Assembly (NCBI GenBank): GCA_964016885.1
Contig: OZ024745.1
Coordinates: 95,604,001-95,668,000 of the forward strand
Source: Eledone cirrhosa
Lineage: Eukaryota
Length of the DNA stretch: 64,000 bases
Reading direction: 5' to 3'
Shown here: one piece after another, positions 61,684 through 64,000 of the stretch
Layout of the letters: each line of letters begins with the position of its first letter
Position numbering within the stretch: the stretch's first letter is position 1
The notes under the pieces: generated by a model
The model's input: only the letters and a program-made list of their open reading frames with translations
Told to the model about the DNA's origin: nothing
Databases searched by the model: none
Made by a program: the position numbers and the translations under genes

Positions 61684-64000
61684 TTAAACTTGCTAAGTTT
61701 TACGCAAAACTTCGAGTACCTATTTAAACTCTTAACCTCTGCTCCATCCCATCTTCTACCCCCTACCCATACATCATGCTGGTTCCTGCCCCCCCCCCTC
61801 CCTCTCTATACATATAAGATAAACCCTACCAAAATTAATCAAAATCGCCAACTCGCTATTTCTGGGATGGCTGTTCATTCGGTATAAAGTAACGTTCAAA
61901 TATTTTTCTCGATTCTTCTCTCCATTCGAATCCATTCATTCAATCACTATTCTATGTCCTAATTTCACACTATATCATATTTTCACCATTCTATATCATA
62001 TTTTTTTTTCTCTAAAAATCATATTTTCCCTATCACCGCATTTTCTCTATCATATTTTCTTAAACAAAACAAATCTTGTATTTTCGTTTATTGTTAAATT
62101 ATGTCCAAAATACGGCGATCTTATCCTAAATCTTACATTCTCGCTTAATTCTGTCATATTTTCATATTCTGTCGTATTTTCATAACAATACATCATGCTG
62201 GTTCCTGCCCCCCCCCCCTCTCTATACATATAAGATAAACCCTACCAAAATTAATCAAAATCGCCAACTCGCTATTTCTGGGATGGCTGTTCATTCAATC
62301 ACTATTCTATGTCCTAATTTCACACTATATCATATTTTCACCATTCTATATCATATTTTTTTCTCTAAAAATCATATTTTCCCTATCACCGCATTTTCTC
62401 TATCGTATTTTCTTAAACAAAACAAATCTTGTATTTTCGTTTATTGTTAAATTATGTCCAAAATACGGCGATCTTATCTTAAACCTTACATTCTCGCTAA
62501 CAACCCACCATCCCTCCCACCCGCCCCCACGCACCACCATTATTACGTGGACCAATCATAAGTCAGAGGCCCATACTATCGCTTAACTGGTTGCTTTTCG
62601 ATATGATGGATGGACTACGGAATTCTGGAGAGTTGAAGAGAGAAAAATGTGGACGCTCAGCGACAATGCCAAAGATAAAGCCAAATTCACCTCGTGGACG
62701 AGAATGCAAGCACTCCTCCTTGTTTCGGCCCAGGATGGCTAACATAACCCCCCCCCCCCGCTCCCACCCTCCAAACGCAATCCAAAACTTCAGAGTTGGT
62801 ACCATGAATGTAGGCACCTTAAAGGGTCGCTCTAACGAGGTTGTAGAGATGCTTGAACGTAAGGAGGTCGATGTTTGTTGTATTCAAGAGACCAGGTGGA
62901 GGGGAGGGTCGGCTAGATTCGTCGTGGGTAAAGAACGATGCTATAAGCTTTTCTGGGTGGGAAATGACAATGGGTTGGGTGGGGTAGGAATCATGGTAGC
63001 AGAAAAGTGGGCAGATAAGATAATAGACGTAAATAGAGTGAACGACAGAATAATTAAAATAAGACTTGTCCTCAATAAAACTACGGTGACAGTAATATCT
63101 GCGTACGCACCCCAATCCGGACTGCCCGGCGCTATAAAAGACAGATTCTACGAGACACTGATGCTCGCTACCTCCCAAATAACCGACAGTGACTATATAG
63201 TTATTGCAGGCGACCTAAATGGTCACGTTGGACAACATTGTGACGGCTATGACGGAATACATGGAGGCTATGGGTTCGGTACTAGAAATGAGGAAGGCTC
63301 CAGAATCCTGGAATTCTGCGACGTAAATAACTTAACTATCTGTAACACTAACTTCAAAAAACGAGACAATCACTTGATCACCTATAGATCGGGGGAACAC
63401 ACAAGCCAGGTAGATTATATCCTTACCAGAAGACGTGACAGAGTGTCTGTTGTTAACACTAAATCCCTCCCCCATGAAGAATTCACCTCCCAACATAGAC
63501 TGATAATTAGCGACCTCATAGTCAGGACGAGACGTACTAGACAGCGGAAGAGGACTATCCTCAGGAGAAAAATATGGAAGCTAAAGGACCCCATAGACAG
63601 AAATAAATTTCAAAGCATATTACTTGACGCTTTCGACAGTAAGTAAGAGCAATTAGAGTCGTATAATATAGAGGAACAGTGGGAATTCCTGAGAGCAAAC
63701 CTGCTGACGGCGGCAGACAAAGTCTGTGGCTGGAGCAGGCCTGTAGGTAGGAGGAGAGTAACATGGTGGTGGAACAGTAAGGTGGAGGAGTCAATTAAGG
63801 CCAAAAAGCAGGCTTGGAAAGTATGGCGGGATGGGGGAAGTAGAGAAGACTATCAAGTGGCCAGGAGGGAAGCTAGGAGACAAGTGTACTTCGCAAGAAG
63901 GGAAGCAGAGGAAAGAAAGTTCAAGCATGTTCTACAACGTGAGGACCAAAAACGTGAGGTGTTCAGGATTGCCAGGCAATGTGTCAAGGAAAACCGTGAT
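61680..64000 (+). mobile_element. Second RTE LINE, 5' part with tandem-repeated 5' UTR; runs off the right edge
   Basis: ORF from ATG 62666 (MPKIKPNSPRGRE...) is highly similar to the 14347 ORF, with a premature TAA at 63644. 61769-62147 is repeated, with a deletion, at 62188-62498. Confidence 0.9.

Overview
AT-rich, repeat-dominated eukaryotic DNA, probably from an octopod or other cephalopod. This taxonomy is inferred from the tRNA/CORE-type SINEs, RTE LINEs with (GAT)n tails and dense (TA)n/(CA)n microsatellites. No host protein-coding gene is clearly identifiable; there are only a few possible micro-exons on the minus strand. Main contents: (1) the 5' part of a Gypsy (CsRn1-like) LTR element at the left edge, with gag and a duplicated tRNA-Trp PBS. 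(2) A ~19 kb nested retroelement array (5850-24670) built on (AAT)n repeats: two Tx1-like LINEs and their probable partner SINE on the minus strand, R4/Dong-like restriction-like-endonuclease (RLE) elements on the plus strand, and a near-intact RTE LINE inserted into a Dong 3' UTR. (3) Several outward-facing palindromic elements, mostly in (TA)n tracts, carrying minimal type I hammerhead ribozyme motifs (Penelope pLTR or retrozyme-like); one core is intact and others are variant. (4) Two non-autonomous Helitrons, many TTAA-flanked MITEs, mariner/Tigger MITEs, an inverted pair of near-identical RTE 3' fragments, and a second RTE running off the right edge. All calls were made by eye; no searches or folding computations were run.
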